A DNA stretch of 64,000 nucleotides from Octopus vulgaris (GCA_951406725.2 OX597816.1:64294001-64358000), one strand, 5' to 3'. Shown: positions 12,510 through 26,596, numbered from the stretch's first letter. Translations and numbers: made by a program. The notes: generated by a model from the sequence alone, not told the origin.

Positions 12510-12791
12510 CTGTGATTGAAGAATAAAAATAAGAACGGCTAACACAAGCTCAAGTGCCCGGTAAATCAACGAGAATTTTGATACCTTGGCAAACTATTTA
12601 GCTGCTCATGTATAATGACTAACCAATATTAATCAAGAATAGAAGGAATTCTACATTTCATCCATTACCATTTGGCCATGAAATATGAGAACTGTTGATT
12701 AATATCTTAGTTTAATTATTAGAAAGTTAATTAGCAATATGACTATCAGAAATGTAAATGTATATCAGCTGCTTCATCGAAATCTATTATG

Positions 12792-12842
<51 letters not shown>

Positions 12843-12937
12843 TACACACGTGTGTATCTATGTTTATGTACAGGTATATACATATATGTATGTCTTTGTA
12901 TGTATGCATGTATGTATCCATATACGTATATATATAT

Positions 12938-12987
<50 letters not shown>

Positions 12988-13477
12988 GAATGGATATATA
13001 ACATAAACATTGAACATAATTATCATGATTAACGTGAGCAAACAATATCACTGCCAAATAGGACACCCGCTGTTGTATATCAGATTAAATTCCATATCTG
13101 TTTCCAATAGTTGTAAAATTACACCAGTTGGTAAATATCAATACTACTATGTTAATATTTTGTTTGGACTACATCAACTCTTATATTTGATAAAAAGGGA
13201 AAATAGAGATAATTTCTGCAGCTAATTCAAACTAATAAGTGTCAGCTGAAAACGGAATTTAGCTCGTGCACGCAGTTAAGAAATCGAGTTTGTGGTCGCA
13301 AGACGCAGAGCGAAAACAATTGATATTGGTTTCCATTTGTCTATGAATAAAGAACGTAAATTCTAAAGCAAGAAAAGGTGGGTATTGTGTCAATTTTCAA
13401 GGCGATTAGGTTTTAATGCAATTGAAAAATAAATATCACACCATATAAACAGGTCTCATTGACAGGAGTGCTAAATC

Positions 13478-13514
<37 letters not shown>

Positions 13515-13515
<1 letters not shown>

Positions 13516-14010
13516 TAGCAGTATCGCCCGGCGTTGCTCGGGTTTGTAAGGGAAATAACTATATAAGCATTTTTAGAGAGTTATTTCCCTTATAGATGCC
13601 AATTCGGGCTTTCTTAGCCATTTTTGTTTTGGTGTCTTCAAGCCATGAAGTCGTTGTTCTAAAAGAACGCTGGTCTCCTTGACAACGCTTTACACTCCCT
13701 TCCCCACAGCTTCACGAGGGAGGGAAGAAGGGGGAGAAGCAAACAGGTGCAGGTATGACCATAGATGCCAGCTCCGCCGCCATCGACACATGAAAAATTA
13801 TGCATTAAAATGGAATAAAAAATGATGTTAAATTATTTTTAAAATCGTAGACTCATCGTAGACGCGCGCTAATACTCAGACGGGCTCGATATGAATCACG
13901 ACTATAAGATACCCGAATTTGGTTAAACTGCACCGCAAAATGTGGGAGTAGTTAGGAATCTAAATCGAAGGGGACAGACACTCACACAACTACAGTTTTA
14001 TATATATAGA
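13515..14010 (-). mobile_element. Non-autonomous Helitron
   Basis: Minus strand starts 5'-TC(TATATATATAAAA) and ends with hairpin CCCGAGCAACGCCGGG plus CTAG-3'; inserted between A and T in a (TA)n tract. Confidence 0.85.
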
Positions 14011-14341
14011 TATACACATATACATATATATATATATATATGCTGCAACACAATTCAAATAAAATAACCGTTGGGATGGCATGAAAAACAGCACACAGTC
14101 AATAAAGTCGAGACGTCAGCGAAGGACTAAATAAGCCACTTGACCATATATGTGAGCGTGCGCACAACACACACACACACAAACACACAAAAGCATGGAA
14201 ATACATCTCCAATACCTTGTTTTAAAAGTTCTCACAGGAAAATCACATTGGCGCGTAACGGCATTCACTAGAAAAGATTCAGTTTTAGGATTTATCAAAA
14301 AGCATATAAACACACATGCACACACACACACGCACGTACAT

Positions 14342-14412
<71 letters not shown>

Positions 14413-14599
14413 GTAAGATTTTCCTGAATTACAAATTGTGATTAATCTACTTTTTAAAAAAAATGAAAGATAATATGAATCAGGAGTGCATTAAATTTGT
14501 GGAATGCAATGGTTGTATTGTGTATGCGCCTTTTAATATTTCAGCTTTTCAAACACACGTGTTATAAGGGATTTTCTAGACGTAATGAGGTAAATGGTT

Positions 14600-16060
14600 T
14601 TAGAAGAGAATTGGCTATATCAGGTTTTGATTCCGATTCAGAATTTTATAAAATATTCTTTTACCCATCCTAGTTGACCATTTACTTGGTTTTATTTTCC
14701 AAAAGAGAGATACGCTAAATTTTCCAGATGCACAAATCTCGTGATGTTCACTCTATGTAACATTTCTAACAAATGGCTCTTTGAATTGTTGCTTATATAC
14801 TCTAGTTCTCTCTATTCATTTTAAGCTATAGAATTCTCATTGCATTGCGGGTATGTGATGTAGTGAAGTATTTTGCTTTTGTTTTGCAATTAATATCTGC
14901 ATTAAAATTCAATTATACCGCAATTTTGAATTTTTTGTGTTTTTGCCTTATTCAGATTATTCACACGTCTCTCAGCTCAGGTTTCCCTTGTTTGTCATAT
15001 GCATTAATTCTTTCTGTGAAGTGAATTTCGCCTTATATTTTAACAGTCTTACAAACTTTGGTGGATGTCTTCGGCAGTTTGTAATTTGTGATTTCATATT
15101 TATTTTTTTTCTGAGATTCGATGAGTTGTTGTGTAGATTTGCAAGGTATCGTTTGGTGAAACGTAAGATATACGGTTTCCAGCATTATTAGTGAGTGAAA
15201 ATGGAATATTTATGTTTCTGCTTTAATCTTCACTCTCATTGTGACTGTATCTCTGTATGTCAGCGATTGTTATAAGTACTGCTTTGGTTTTCGTATGATT
15301 TACTATATTTTGTTTTAGAAGGTATAGTTTTAGCTGTACCAGTTGTCTCTCTTATCTGCTTGGGTTCGTACCACATAAGTCTTGGCATAAATACATTTAA
15401 TTTGATATGGAACAGACGACAAGATATGTAATCTAGGTGCTCTGTATTTTCCTTCCGGTCTCATTTTCCTTAACTAGCAAAATATCTGAAAAGAGAACTT
15501 ACCATTTTCCTTTCATCAATTCCCACAGTGAACTGGATGGATTCATGACTGATATATATATATAATTATTATATATATATTTCTGGAAGATTGTGAGATC
15601 CTTCTTACTTCAACATCAAAATAGGAATCAGTCATCCATGAATCTTATTCATTATTGTCTTAAATATGAATGGCAATACTTATCAAAATAATCCCACGTC
15701 TAGTATAGGTATTTTCTTCAAGGATTCCTTTCACATGTGTTGAAGACTTGCGTGCAGTTATCATATTCAGTGCTGCCCATTTCCTTGAAGGAATTATTTG
15801 TTATCAAAATAGTATGTGTTTCCAAGCATCAGTCATAATCCTTCCAATGTAAATCCTTTTGGGCATCTCTCCTGAACTCTGTGTGAGTATTTGTCTATCC
15901 AGAATCCTACTGTTTGCATTCTATGAACGATATTTCTGTTGGAGTTGGTTGCGTCGAAACTAATCAGGATTGTCTATAGATTTTCAATTTCTGGAACGCG
16001 ATTAAGAATATCCACAACATCTCTGATAAATCTAGGAACTAAGTTGCATTATGGCTTCTA
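14600..16060 (-). pseudogene. Degraded Penelope-like retroelement (RT through GIY-YIG)
   Basis: Minus-strand pieces LVPRFIRDVVDILNRVP..TILISFDATN..GFWIDKY..YYFDNK*FLQ (RT), NCRRHPPKFVRLL..AKFTS (linker) and ILHYITYPQCNENSI (GIY-YIG-like); many stops. Confidence 0.75.
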
Positions 16061-16349
16061 AATTATATGCAGAATGATTCGGTGTATGTATATGTATGTA
16101 TGTATATATATCTATGTATTAGTAGAATGAGTGGAGTATAATGTGCTGATGAGGTGAAATAACAGCAAAATATCGATACCCACCGTTCTAATTCACCTAG
16201 GAGACGATACATTTCACCTGTTTTAGAGTTATTCAGTGCATTTAAAACCCGGCGGCGTAAAGAGACTTTTCTTGGACAACATACCACAGCTAAAAAGTGT
16301 TTAAGCAAAATACATACATTAGATGTGACGTCAATATTGTTTAAATTCT

Positions 16350-16552
16350 TAGAGCTTGCAGAATCGTTAGTGCGGTGAGTAAAATGCTTAGCGGCCTTTC
16401 ATCCATTTTTAACTTCTGAGTTCAAATTCTGCCATGATCTACTTTGATTTTATCACTTCAGAGGCTATAAAATGAGTCCCAGTTGAACAGTAGGGCCTAT
16501 GTAATTGACTTAACCCCATCCCCCGGAAATGTTGATCTTGTGCCAAAATTTG
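16350..16552 (+). mobile_element. SINE family A monomer, diverged
   Basis: gagcttgcagaatcgttag...ctgagttcaaattctgcc...cttgtgccaaaatttg. Confidence 0.85.
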
Positions 16553-16616
16553 TAATTTTTATGCTTGTAATTAAAGATTTCATATATATTTACATGTGTG
16601 TATTGTATGTATGTTT

Positions 16617-16918
16617 AGGTGCATGGCTCAGTAATTAGAGCGGACAGCTCACTATCGTGAGATTGTGAGTTCGATTCCCGGAACGAGCTGTGTGTTGTGT
16701 TCTTGAGCAAGACACTTCATTTCATGTTGCTCCAGTTAACTTAGCTGTAGAAATGAGTTGCGACATCCATGGTGCCAAGCTGTATCGGCCTTTGCCTTTC
16801 TCTTGGATAACATCGTTGGTGTGGAGAGGGGAGGCTGGTATGCACGGGCGATTGCCGGCCTTCTGCAAACAAACTTGCACAGACTTGTGCCTCGGAGGGT
16901 AACTTTCTAGATGCAATC
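16617..16918 (+). mobile_element. SINE family C (tRNA head + CORE-like domain)
   Basis: A box tggctcagtaattag, B box gagttcgattcc, CORE-like gtgttcttgagcaagacactt; 3' body shared with 57189-57450. Confidence 0.88.
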
Positions 16919-17538
16919 TTCTCCTCCTTCTATTCTACGTATGTATGTTGCCTAACAAATTTATTAATGGACGTGTGTATTTGGCGGTCAGTACATTACT
17001 TTCCCAATGATAAGTAAAGCAATCGTCTCGGTGAACTAGATTGTTCCTGGAAAATCAAGAGAAATAAATTCCATGCAGTATGAAAATAAAAAAAATAATA
17101 AATGTTAATATAAATTACAGGATATCTTCATGTCTGTTAATATCCTCTTGACATGTTTCTGATTCTATGAAAAAAATATATCCATTATATATTCTTTCAG
17201 GTTATCAATTTTTACCCTCTATCCTTCCCTCTCGTTACTCTCTCTCTCCTCTTTCTCTCTCTTCCGCCCTTTCTCTCCCTCTCCCTCAGTCTTAAACTCT
17301 CTCATACACGCTCCACTTAAATCTTTAAAGCCTCATTGCCCTTCTATGGTCTCTGTCAGTATTTTGTTCATTTTTCGAGTCTGCATATGATATATGTTTC
17401 ACTATATCGATGGTTATATATGAATATCTGCAGAAATGCGCGCGTATATATGTACACATACACGCAAACACAGACACACACACACACACACACGCGCATA
17501 TACATACATATGTCTATGCCTATCTCTCTCCGGATGTA

Positions 17539-17607
<69 letters not shown>

Positions 17608-17623
17608 CTGTGTGTGTGTGTGA

Positions 17624-17755
17624 AGGCGCGTGGCTTAGTGGTTAGGGTATTCGACTCACGATTGTATGGTCGTGAGTTCAATTACCGGTACGCGTTGTGT
17701 CCTTGAGCAAGACACTTTATTTCCCGTTGCTCCAGTTCATTCAGCTAGCAAAAAC
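17624..17755 (+). mobile_element. SINE family C, 3'-truncated
   Basis: ggcgcgtggcttagtggttag...gagttcaattacc...gtgtccttgagcaagacacttt. Confidence 0.88.
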
Positions 17756-18637
17756 TTACGCTGTAGTTTCGAATACCATTCTTCCTGCTTTGGTCAACAA
17801 TATAAGGTATCAATCAACAATTTGGGTCGAATATCTTGGCTTGCTTCTCCTCCACAAGAGGTGCAAGACCATCTACCTCCAAGAAGCAAGTAATATAGCA
17901 CTGGTAGAAAGAGAAAAGGTGGAAATACCAGACTAGGGCCCAGCTGCTTTCTAATAAAGATTAAATGTCAAACTGTCGTGTGGCTCTTCTATATATACAC
18001 ACTGGAGTGCCCGCACCACTGTCTCGCATGAGCCAGAAGTAACCCAGCGTGAGTCTCATGAGAGATTTGTAGAATGGCAACAGCTATTTGTATTTGAAAT
18101 ATTTTCTGCCTCTGAAGAAAAGGGAAAGTTTGGGAGATGCGATGATAGTGATATTAAAGTTATATTATCATCAGAAAAGTGATGGTTCTCTCTATCTGAC
18201 TGCAGCTCAGGTTTCATGCGTTGGTATTTACATCATATGATCATTATTGGTATAAATGAGGTAAACCATAAATTTCATTAGATATGTGGTCCCATTACAA
18301 CAAGTCTTGCATAAATGCTTGTGGAAGCAATACAATTATTTTAGTATATTTTGTTAGCACCCACGAACGATCGGGCTTTAGCTAGGAATAGTTCCTCTAC
18401 GTATTTTGCCGAATCGATTTTTTTGTAGGATAATCTTACACAAAAATTCATCTAAAAAAAAATATATGGTCTACACGAGGTAAATAACACAGAGCTGGTG
18501 AACAGAGATGTAATTGCTATTGAAATCCGTCATATCACCATTACAAACTGAAATTAGATTTGGCAGGACATGAATTTCATAGGTAAAAATTGAGATGATT
18601 CAAAATACATGGTATTTGGTGCAAATGTAGCAAAGTA

Positions 18638-19195
18638 TTGGGTTGTCCGGAAAATTCGTGCTGATTTTTAAAGGAAAGAAAAAGGTCAATAAATACTTGC
18701 CATTACATTTTTAATCAACCAAGTATGAAACATTTTGTTACACAATGCGTTTCCGTCTGTCCTTTAACTTGAAAGTACCCTCTACCCAGAACTGAGGTGA
18801 TTTCATGGCAAATAATTCATCAAGGCATCTTCTTGCGTCATCCAACGAATTGAATTTTTTACCATTAAAACTATTCTGCAGAGACCTGAATAAGTGGAAA
18901 TCTGAAGGAGCAATATCTGATGTATATGGAGGGAGGGATAACACATCCTAGCCGAACTGCAGCAATTTTTGTCTGGTTCCCAAAGCATCAAGTGCGAAAA
19001 TGAAATTATCTTCCATTTTAAAGGGTTACAGAATTAACACAGGTTATAGGAACATAAACCTTCTACGAAATGATAACTTAAACTGTGCTCAAAATGGAGG
19101 TGAAGTCAAATCCTATTTTATGGACTCAACCATGTTCTAAAATAAGTCGAAAGATAAGCTACTATAAATCGGCACGAACTTTCCGGATAACCGAA
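18638..19195 (-). mobile_element. Internally deleted mariner element
   Basis: TIRs ttgggttgtccggaaa(a/g)ttcgtgc...; TA flanks. C-terminal transposase remnant PPYTSDIAPSDFHLFRSLQNSFNGKKF (mariner YSPDLAPSD motif). Confidence 0.92.
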
Positions 19196-20085
19196 TATTA
19201 TTGACACACTAATGAAAGTTGGGTACGTGATTTTGAATACTGTATATTTTGTTGATTTTTATCTAATATATTGCAAAATGAAACTCAAGTCATTCTGCTG
19301 TGACCAATGAGCCAAAGAAGCAATATTTTTATCAACTCTAAAGAATATATCGTTACTTTCCTCTTTACATACATGTATAATAGATTTTTAAAATAATTTC
19401 CAACGACTGGAAGATGAGATTGTATATAGCTGCAATAAATAATAAATAAGGATCGCAGAAAAAACCAAAAACACCGATATATATACACATTAACACATAA
19501 ACGTGTTTGTATGTATGCGGTTCTGAATTTGTGGATAACTTCACTGACAACAGTTTTGTACGTGTGTACATGTGTACGTGTGTCTCTTTGTGCTTGTATG
19601 TATATATATATGTGTGTATGTAGATATGGCTGTATATAGATCTATATGTGTACCCACTTCCATGCTTACACCCTATTCCACACACATAGAGTTACAGAAA
19701 GATATTTCATATTAGTGCGACGAGAATATTATCTTTGCGTATAAAATACAAAAAATAACTCAAAAAGAGATAGGAAATGCCACTTCGCTGTGTAGTATAC
19801 ATACCAATGCAAAAACTGCTACCAGTATCTGGGGGAAATAAAACAAAATATGTTATACATGCAGAAAATAATACACACATACATACATATATATATATAC
19901 ATACATACATACATACACACATATATATAATATTTCTTCATTCGCTTATTATTTTTCTTATTTTATTATTCTAACGCCTGCCCATTTTCGGGAAATCTTT
20001 CGTCACACATCTGTGACCGCTTCAACAACACTTTTCGTTTCCGTGAGTGTCCTCGCTCCACTTACTTCCTTCACGAATTGATAAA

Positions 20086-20445
<360 letters not shown>

Positions 20446-21214
20446 CATATATATGCATATATAATTCCTTATTAGAGATCTTTCCTTTTATCAGAGGGGT
20501 GTAGTTATTCGAAGTGCAGCTCCCATTTTTCTATGTCACCGATTGGTCTTAGTAAAATTCAGGGTCAATAAACACGGAGAGAAATGAAGGGGCCAACTAA
20601 AGTGATTTGTGCACTACAAACATGAAAACATCTTATCAATAAACTGAGTATCGATAGATTATTAATAGAATCACCTGCATCACAGCTGGCTTCGATGCAC
20701 TTCCCGGCCGGTGCAAGCAACTTTTTGAGTATTTATTTTGCTTTTCTAAGCTATATTCCAGCATGGCCGCAGTCCAGTGGTTGAAACAAGTGAAATGTAA
20801 AACGCTAAACAAATGCTACGTAGTGTATCTCGGGGAGCAAACAGATTTTATGAATGCTGAAAGCGTTAAAGAAAAACAAATCTATGTATAAATCAATATT
20901 TCTGCTAGGATGTGACTGTATTTTGCAAACAGATCATGTGACACACTAATTCGGTTTACATTCGAGAAAACGAGACACGTGTGCAAGGTGATAAATAGCT
21001 GGGATATGAACGGTCACGAAAAATCGGGAAGAGAATATAGTTTCCGGATAAAGCGGGGTTGTTTGTATATGACTATGTATATAGGATGTATAATATGTAT
21101 GTATACATGGACGCACTCACGTGTGTGTGTATTTCGATATACATATATATATATTAAAAGAAAAGAATATATATCATGGATATATATTCTTTTGTTCGTT
21201 TATTCCTTAATTCT

Positions 21215-21415
21215 ATTAATTCTTGCAGTCATTTCAGTGTGGCCATGCTGGAGCACTGCCTTGTAGTGTTTTTGTCGGAGAAATCAACTCGAAAGCATTC
21301 ATTTTAAGCCTAGTATTATTTCTATCGTCTCTTTTGCCGAACCGCTAGATTATGGGAACGTAAAGACACCAACATCGGTTGTCAAGCGATGGTGGTGGGA
21401 CAAAGACACTCACAC
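21215..21415 (-). mobile_element. SINE family B 3' half
   Basis: ggccatgctggagcac...ctcttttgccgaaccgct...ggttgtcaagcgatgg. Confidence 0.8.
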
Positions 21416-21436
21416 ATCAATATGTATATATATACG

Positions 21437-21502
<66 letters not shown>

Positions 21503-21865
21503 AAATCTATAATCAATATATATATATACAAAATCTATAATGTGCACCCTCTCGGGGGCAAATTATAGATTTTGTATACAAGTTCTTTCTCGAGATAGTT
21601 GTTATTTAGCGGACAGCGGTTTGGGGATCTGATATTGCCTTGTCTTTCTGGAGTGTTCTTTGTGTGTTCATTTTTATTGTGATTGAGTATTATTGACCCT
21701 ACATTGGGGAGGCAATTATAGCTAACTTTACCAGTATTTCTATTGAAGATCTTATGGTATTTGTGTGAATGTGGAAATTGGTTATATATATATATATATA
21801 TATTAAGAATTCGTAGCTATATAAGTAGTTACATTCATGCTATAAGGTGGGTTGAACTATAATAT

Positions 21866-22994
21866 TGTTACGAGGGGACCTCCGAAAACTGTACGGAATC
21901 CCTCAGACAGGCCCGACTCGATCAGCGAATGTTCTCGCCACGGAAACTCGTCAGAGAGGAGAGGAGAGACACAACAACCGCAGCAGCACAGAGGCACAGA
22001 GGCAAGGCAACAGAGAGAGACACCAAAAGAGGCAAAACGGCAACACTGGCTTATATTTAACAACTAGTTTATATGACAATCAATTACTACACATCAAATA
22101 CATTTAAGGCAAACAACAAATCAATGCATCATACGGGTATACCACAGATCAAAGCATTTAACAACATGCATGTAACAATATAACAGTGTTCAGTAACGAC
22201 ACAACAAGTCCAGATCAAATAATGTTCACGATACGTCACAGTCCAATCAGAACACTTCGATACATTATACAATGTTCGTATCACAACAACTCACGTTACA
22301 ATTCAACAAGTCCTTTACTGTTCTTTTCACTGTTCATTTCTTTTCACTGTCTCTTTACATCGTGACACGTATCAATACACAATCACATACCTTAATTCCT
22401 AACTGAATCGCCAGTGTCCCATTCTGCACTCATCTCTCTCTCAATACTGCTAAATCCAGCTTGCCAAACTCCTGCATCCCAACTTGCTTGCTCCTAAGAT
22501 TCCACCGCTTGCTCCTAAGATTGCACCTACTCGCTCTGACTTCCAGAATCCCACTGTGCTTCTTCGACGACCGGCTCCAACTGCCCAAAACCTCACCTCC
22601 TTGTCCTGACTTCCACTCCCTCATCTCCCTCTGTCTCTACCGCTCACACCCTCTCTAACTGCCCTGGTCCCTTACTGCCTATCTCTATCGCCTGCTGCCT
22701 ATCACCCTCTCATGACAGCTCTGCCATACTCTCTGCCTGTCCTTCTCTGCCCCCTCATCCTCTCTTACTGCCAATACCCTCTCCATCTGCTCTTAGATTC
22801 CTTACTCTATCTTTCTCACTACTTTTCTTCCTCTTCTTCAAGGGATGTCTAGAACGACCCCTAATCGACCGCACAAGGCCAGAAAGGTCCCATTAATCTC
22901 CCATTAAACAAAGGACTGTCACTTTTCTTCCAGACGTGCCGGCACCACACCCAAAGTGGGTCACCAAGAAACTGCACTTAGCCAAACTGTAACA
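21866..22994. mobile_element. Solo LTR (Gypsy-like, 1129 bp)
   Basis: TGTTAC...GTAACA ends; 4-bp TSD ATAT at 21862-21865 and 22995-22998. Removing it rejoins the host PLE frame (SKIL*FNPPYS). Confidence 0.88.
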
Positions 22995-24049
22995 ATATTT
23001 TACTCAGTCTGCATCTTCATGGTCTATTTATATTTGGTCCAATGTAATGTATGCTATTCGTGAAGTTGGACCCTGCTAATGCAGCATTATATGGGGTGGC
23101 TTTTCCAAAAGTGCCCCTGTCGACGGATAAATTGGAGACACGCATTTTGTTTAATTACTGCTGGTGGGCGGCTGGATCCTTTGTCTATGTAGGAGGGTTC
23201 TTCGCTTTGTTTTTGGTAGGGCTTAAATTTTCCTTAAGTTTCATCTTAATGCCTAGGAAGTTGACTTCTTTAAGGCTTGTACTAATTCTTAGGCCTAATT
23301 GGCTAAATATTTAACATTTTTACTGTGTACTACTCCCAGGCCATCTTCCCTGTACAAACTTACGTTAGCTCCTTTTATTTCTTTTATAAGGGCATCTATG
23401 ATATAAAGGCCTACAAGTTCAGCTATCTCTGCACAGTCATAGTACCCATTCCCACGTCAAATAACTCGTCTCCATTCATTTTTTTACCCAGTGGAAATTA
23501 TCATTGCGTTCATAGTTATGTCTATATCGGTATTTGTTATAGGGACATATGTTTTGCTAAATTCAAGTGCTTTCTTAAGCAAGCTTTTGGTGATCGATGG
23601 TTAGAACTCTACGATATCGAATTGTACAAATTTGTATTTGTGTTTATCTTCTATTTTTTAAACCATTCAATAATTGCACTACTACGTATCCATTGGGTAA
23701 GTTTTGAGTGTACTTTGATATGGCGAACAATAATTATCTAATATAGATTTACTAATAATTCCTATTTCACTTTTTATGGGATTTATTTATCTACAGCTAA
23801 GATTTTGCGTGAAATTGTTTTTATTGGACTTTCAGAGTTAAAAAAGGATTTCGTGAGATAAGCTTTTCTACTTTGTCTTCTATTTTAAAATTTGTGGCTA
23901 GATATTTTGCTTCTATATTAATAGAATTATAAGAGGTTGGGTTTATTTTCTTGCACGTTTTAATTATGTTGACGGTTAGTAGTTTGTTGTGTGTTTGGTT
24001 GTTTACTTCGTAAATATTTTTTGTTTTATCAGCTTTAATATGCATGTTC

Positions 24050-24251
24050 TTTTATTTATTTATTTTTGGTTTCAGTCATTTGACTGCGGCCATGCAGGAG
24101 CACCGCTTTTAGTCGAGCAAATCGACCCCAGGACTTATTCTTTGTAAGCCTAGTACTTATTCTATCGGTCTCTTTTGCTGAACCGCTAAGTTACAGGGAC
24201 GTAAACACACCAGTGTCAGTTGTCGAGCGATGTTGGTGAGGACAAACACAG

Positions 24252-24289
<38 letters not shown>

Positions 24290-24297
24290 ATACATAA

Positions 24298-24335
<38 letters not shown>

Positions 24336-24497
24336 GACGGGATTCTTTCGGTTTCCGTCTACGAAATCCACTCACAAGGCTTTGGTCAGCCCGAGCCTAT
24401 AGTAGAAGACACCTGCCCAAGGTGCCACGCAGTGGGACTGAACCGGGAACCATGTTGTTGGTAAGCCAGCTACTTACCACACAGCCACTCTTGCGCC
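24050..24497 (-). mobile_element. SINE family B full length, inserted in the PLE
   Basis: Complete family-B structure; atgttc duplicated at 24044-24049 and 24499-24504. Confidence 0.93.
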
Positions 24498-24944
24498 AAT
24501 GTTCGTTGATGTTTTGAAAGGTTTGATGTATGTCTGTAACGTGTGTTGGAACTTGTGGGATCTTTGGTTGAATTTTACATTTCTAACTAACTTTAAAGAC
24601 CGTCTTGAAATCTTTCTAGATCTTTAATATGTAGTGTGTTTTTATAAGATCTGAAACCGTAATTATCCCCCTGCATTAGGGATGCACGAAAAAATAGGTC
24701 TTCCATTTCATTTTCTCAGAAGTTTTCTGTTTTTGTCAATAAGATGGTTGATGTATACTTTCCTTGGTGGAATAGGAATATTTTTCAGTGATGTTATTCT
24801 TTCGTGTTTTTTTCCATGTTCGCTTTCACTGTTTAACCGATGTTTGTTGACATCAGAAGCTTAGACACGAAAATGTCGAGCGATGAAATGAGAGCTCAAC
24901 ACCGCATTGGTAGCTATATAATTTCTTTATTTGCAATTTAAAGC

Positions 24945-25180
24945 TACCAGATAAAGGAGGAAAGTGACTTCACGACATTCAAACGCTCCCTCGATGATTA
25001 CCTCCAACAAATAGCAGACAAACCACCCATACACGGATATGCCTCTGAAAACAATAACTCTCTGCTTGAATGGGCTATGGTACCCAAGAGTTGACTGTGC
25101 ATCTCTTCAAGATGGTGCTATTAAATTAGACATGGCCTGGGCCCAACTTCGCCGGAAACTTATCAAAGTAATCCAAGTAA
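24945..25180 (+). mobile_element. CR1-group LINE 3' end
   Basis: IKEESDFTTFKRSLDDYLQQIADKPPIHGYASENNNSLLEW matches the FK--LD--L--IPD-P---GY----NSL C-terminus, then a short UTR and an atcaaagta/atccaagta tail. Confidence 0.7.
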
Positions 25181-25207
25181 TATATATATTTCAAGCGAAC
25201 TACAATA

Positions 25208-25249
<42 letters not shown>

Positions 25250-25261
25250 TACATACATACA

Positions 25262-25293
<32 letters not shown>

Positions 25294-26138
25294 TAGGCCT
25301 ACTTTACTACATTTCTTTATTGGTTTGTAAGTTGCCGAATGAGAATGTTCCAGATCATTCTCCTACAAAGTAGTTGTGAATGACTGTGATAAGCCACCAA
25401 CGGTCAAATATATGCAAATTGCTTCATTATAAAGAGGAAACAAATTTATATATTTTTGTTCTTGTTCTTGGCCTGCAGGTTTACCTAATGTTTAAGTATA
25501 CTTGTAATCGAGTACGTTCCAAGATTTGTTAGAGTATTATTTTGAGATTATCATAAGCTTTGATTTCTACCATATTTTATTAGGGTAGGAATGGTTTACG
25601 ACAAATTTGACTTCTTGCATCAGGGGCTTGAAACTACACACTGGCTCTTTCATTTTCGCATTGTCATAGTGTGAAAATAGCGAAATACATTCCAGCATGT
25701 CCCTCGATACCAGATCCTGTTGAAAACCTGTATATGCTTTTATTGCAGAACTGACATATCTATCAAGAATATAAAATATAAGCTGCGAAACGAATGACGC
25801 TCTAAAGAAGCTAAATTCCAAACGTCAAGTATTGAAAATAAATAGATATAGACTATTTATTAACCTTTTATAATCTTTACGTTTCTCTACGTCTCTTCAC
25901 TTATGTATTTCAATATACACACTAATATACTATACACATAGAAACTCATATACAGCACTAAACAGACACACATATATTTACACATAAATAAACACAAGAA
26001 CACTAACTTATATATATGCACACATACATATTCACACATAAACGCACGCACACACACGCACATATATACATATATCAATACATGTATGTATATATATATA
26101 TGTATATGTATATATATCTAGATATATATATATATGCA

Positions 26139-26224
<86 letters not shown>

Positions 26225-26522
26225 GTATTAGTCTGTTTTGTTTCTATTTCTAAAAGTTTTAACTGTAGTGTGATTTTGTGTTATTACTGTTCCTTTTTCT
26301 TTACAAATTTTCTTCTGGTCGGCTGCTTGAAGATTTCTTCTGCCTGATTCGCTTCCGATGCATAGCGCCCGAGGCTCTATAACTTACATTTGAAACACGT
26401 TTATGTCGCTCGCCAATCCTTTGTATTGACTAATTAAATAAAACTAATGCATATATATATACATAAACACACGTACATACAGGGATACGCACAAACAGCA
26501 CATACGTACGCACACGTTCATA

Positions 26523-26561
<39 letters not shown>

Positions 26562-26596
26562 GTGTGTTTATGTATATATATATGCATTAGTTTATA

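Larger units (their letters stand above)
21562..24850 (-). pseudogene. Near-full-length decayed Penelope-like retroelement (Naiad-like), split by a solo LTR, a SINE and (TA)n
   Basis: Ordered minus-strand motifs: SLKNIPIPPRKVYINHLIDK, KMKWKTYFF, NYGFRS, KADKTKNIY, PFLTLK, QWIRSSAIIEWF, FVQFDIVEF*PSI, LFDVGMG/YDCAEIAELVGLY, VNFLG, YIDKGSSRPP, FNPPYS, HKIFNRNTGKVSYNCLPN, CPLNNNYLEKELVYK. Clade call is from memory of motifs. Confidence 0.85.

Noticed and set aside
17624-17700. tRNA gene
   Set aside because: A/B boxes are present but there is no convincing cloverleaf, and it runs directly into a SINE CORE-like body.
21590-21730. Selenocysteine-recoded Naiad zinc knuckle
   Set aside because: No in-frame TGA seen at the Cys positions and no SECIS visible; the copy is decayed and truncated.
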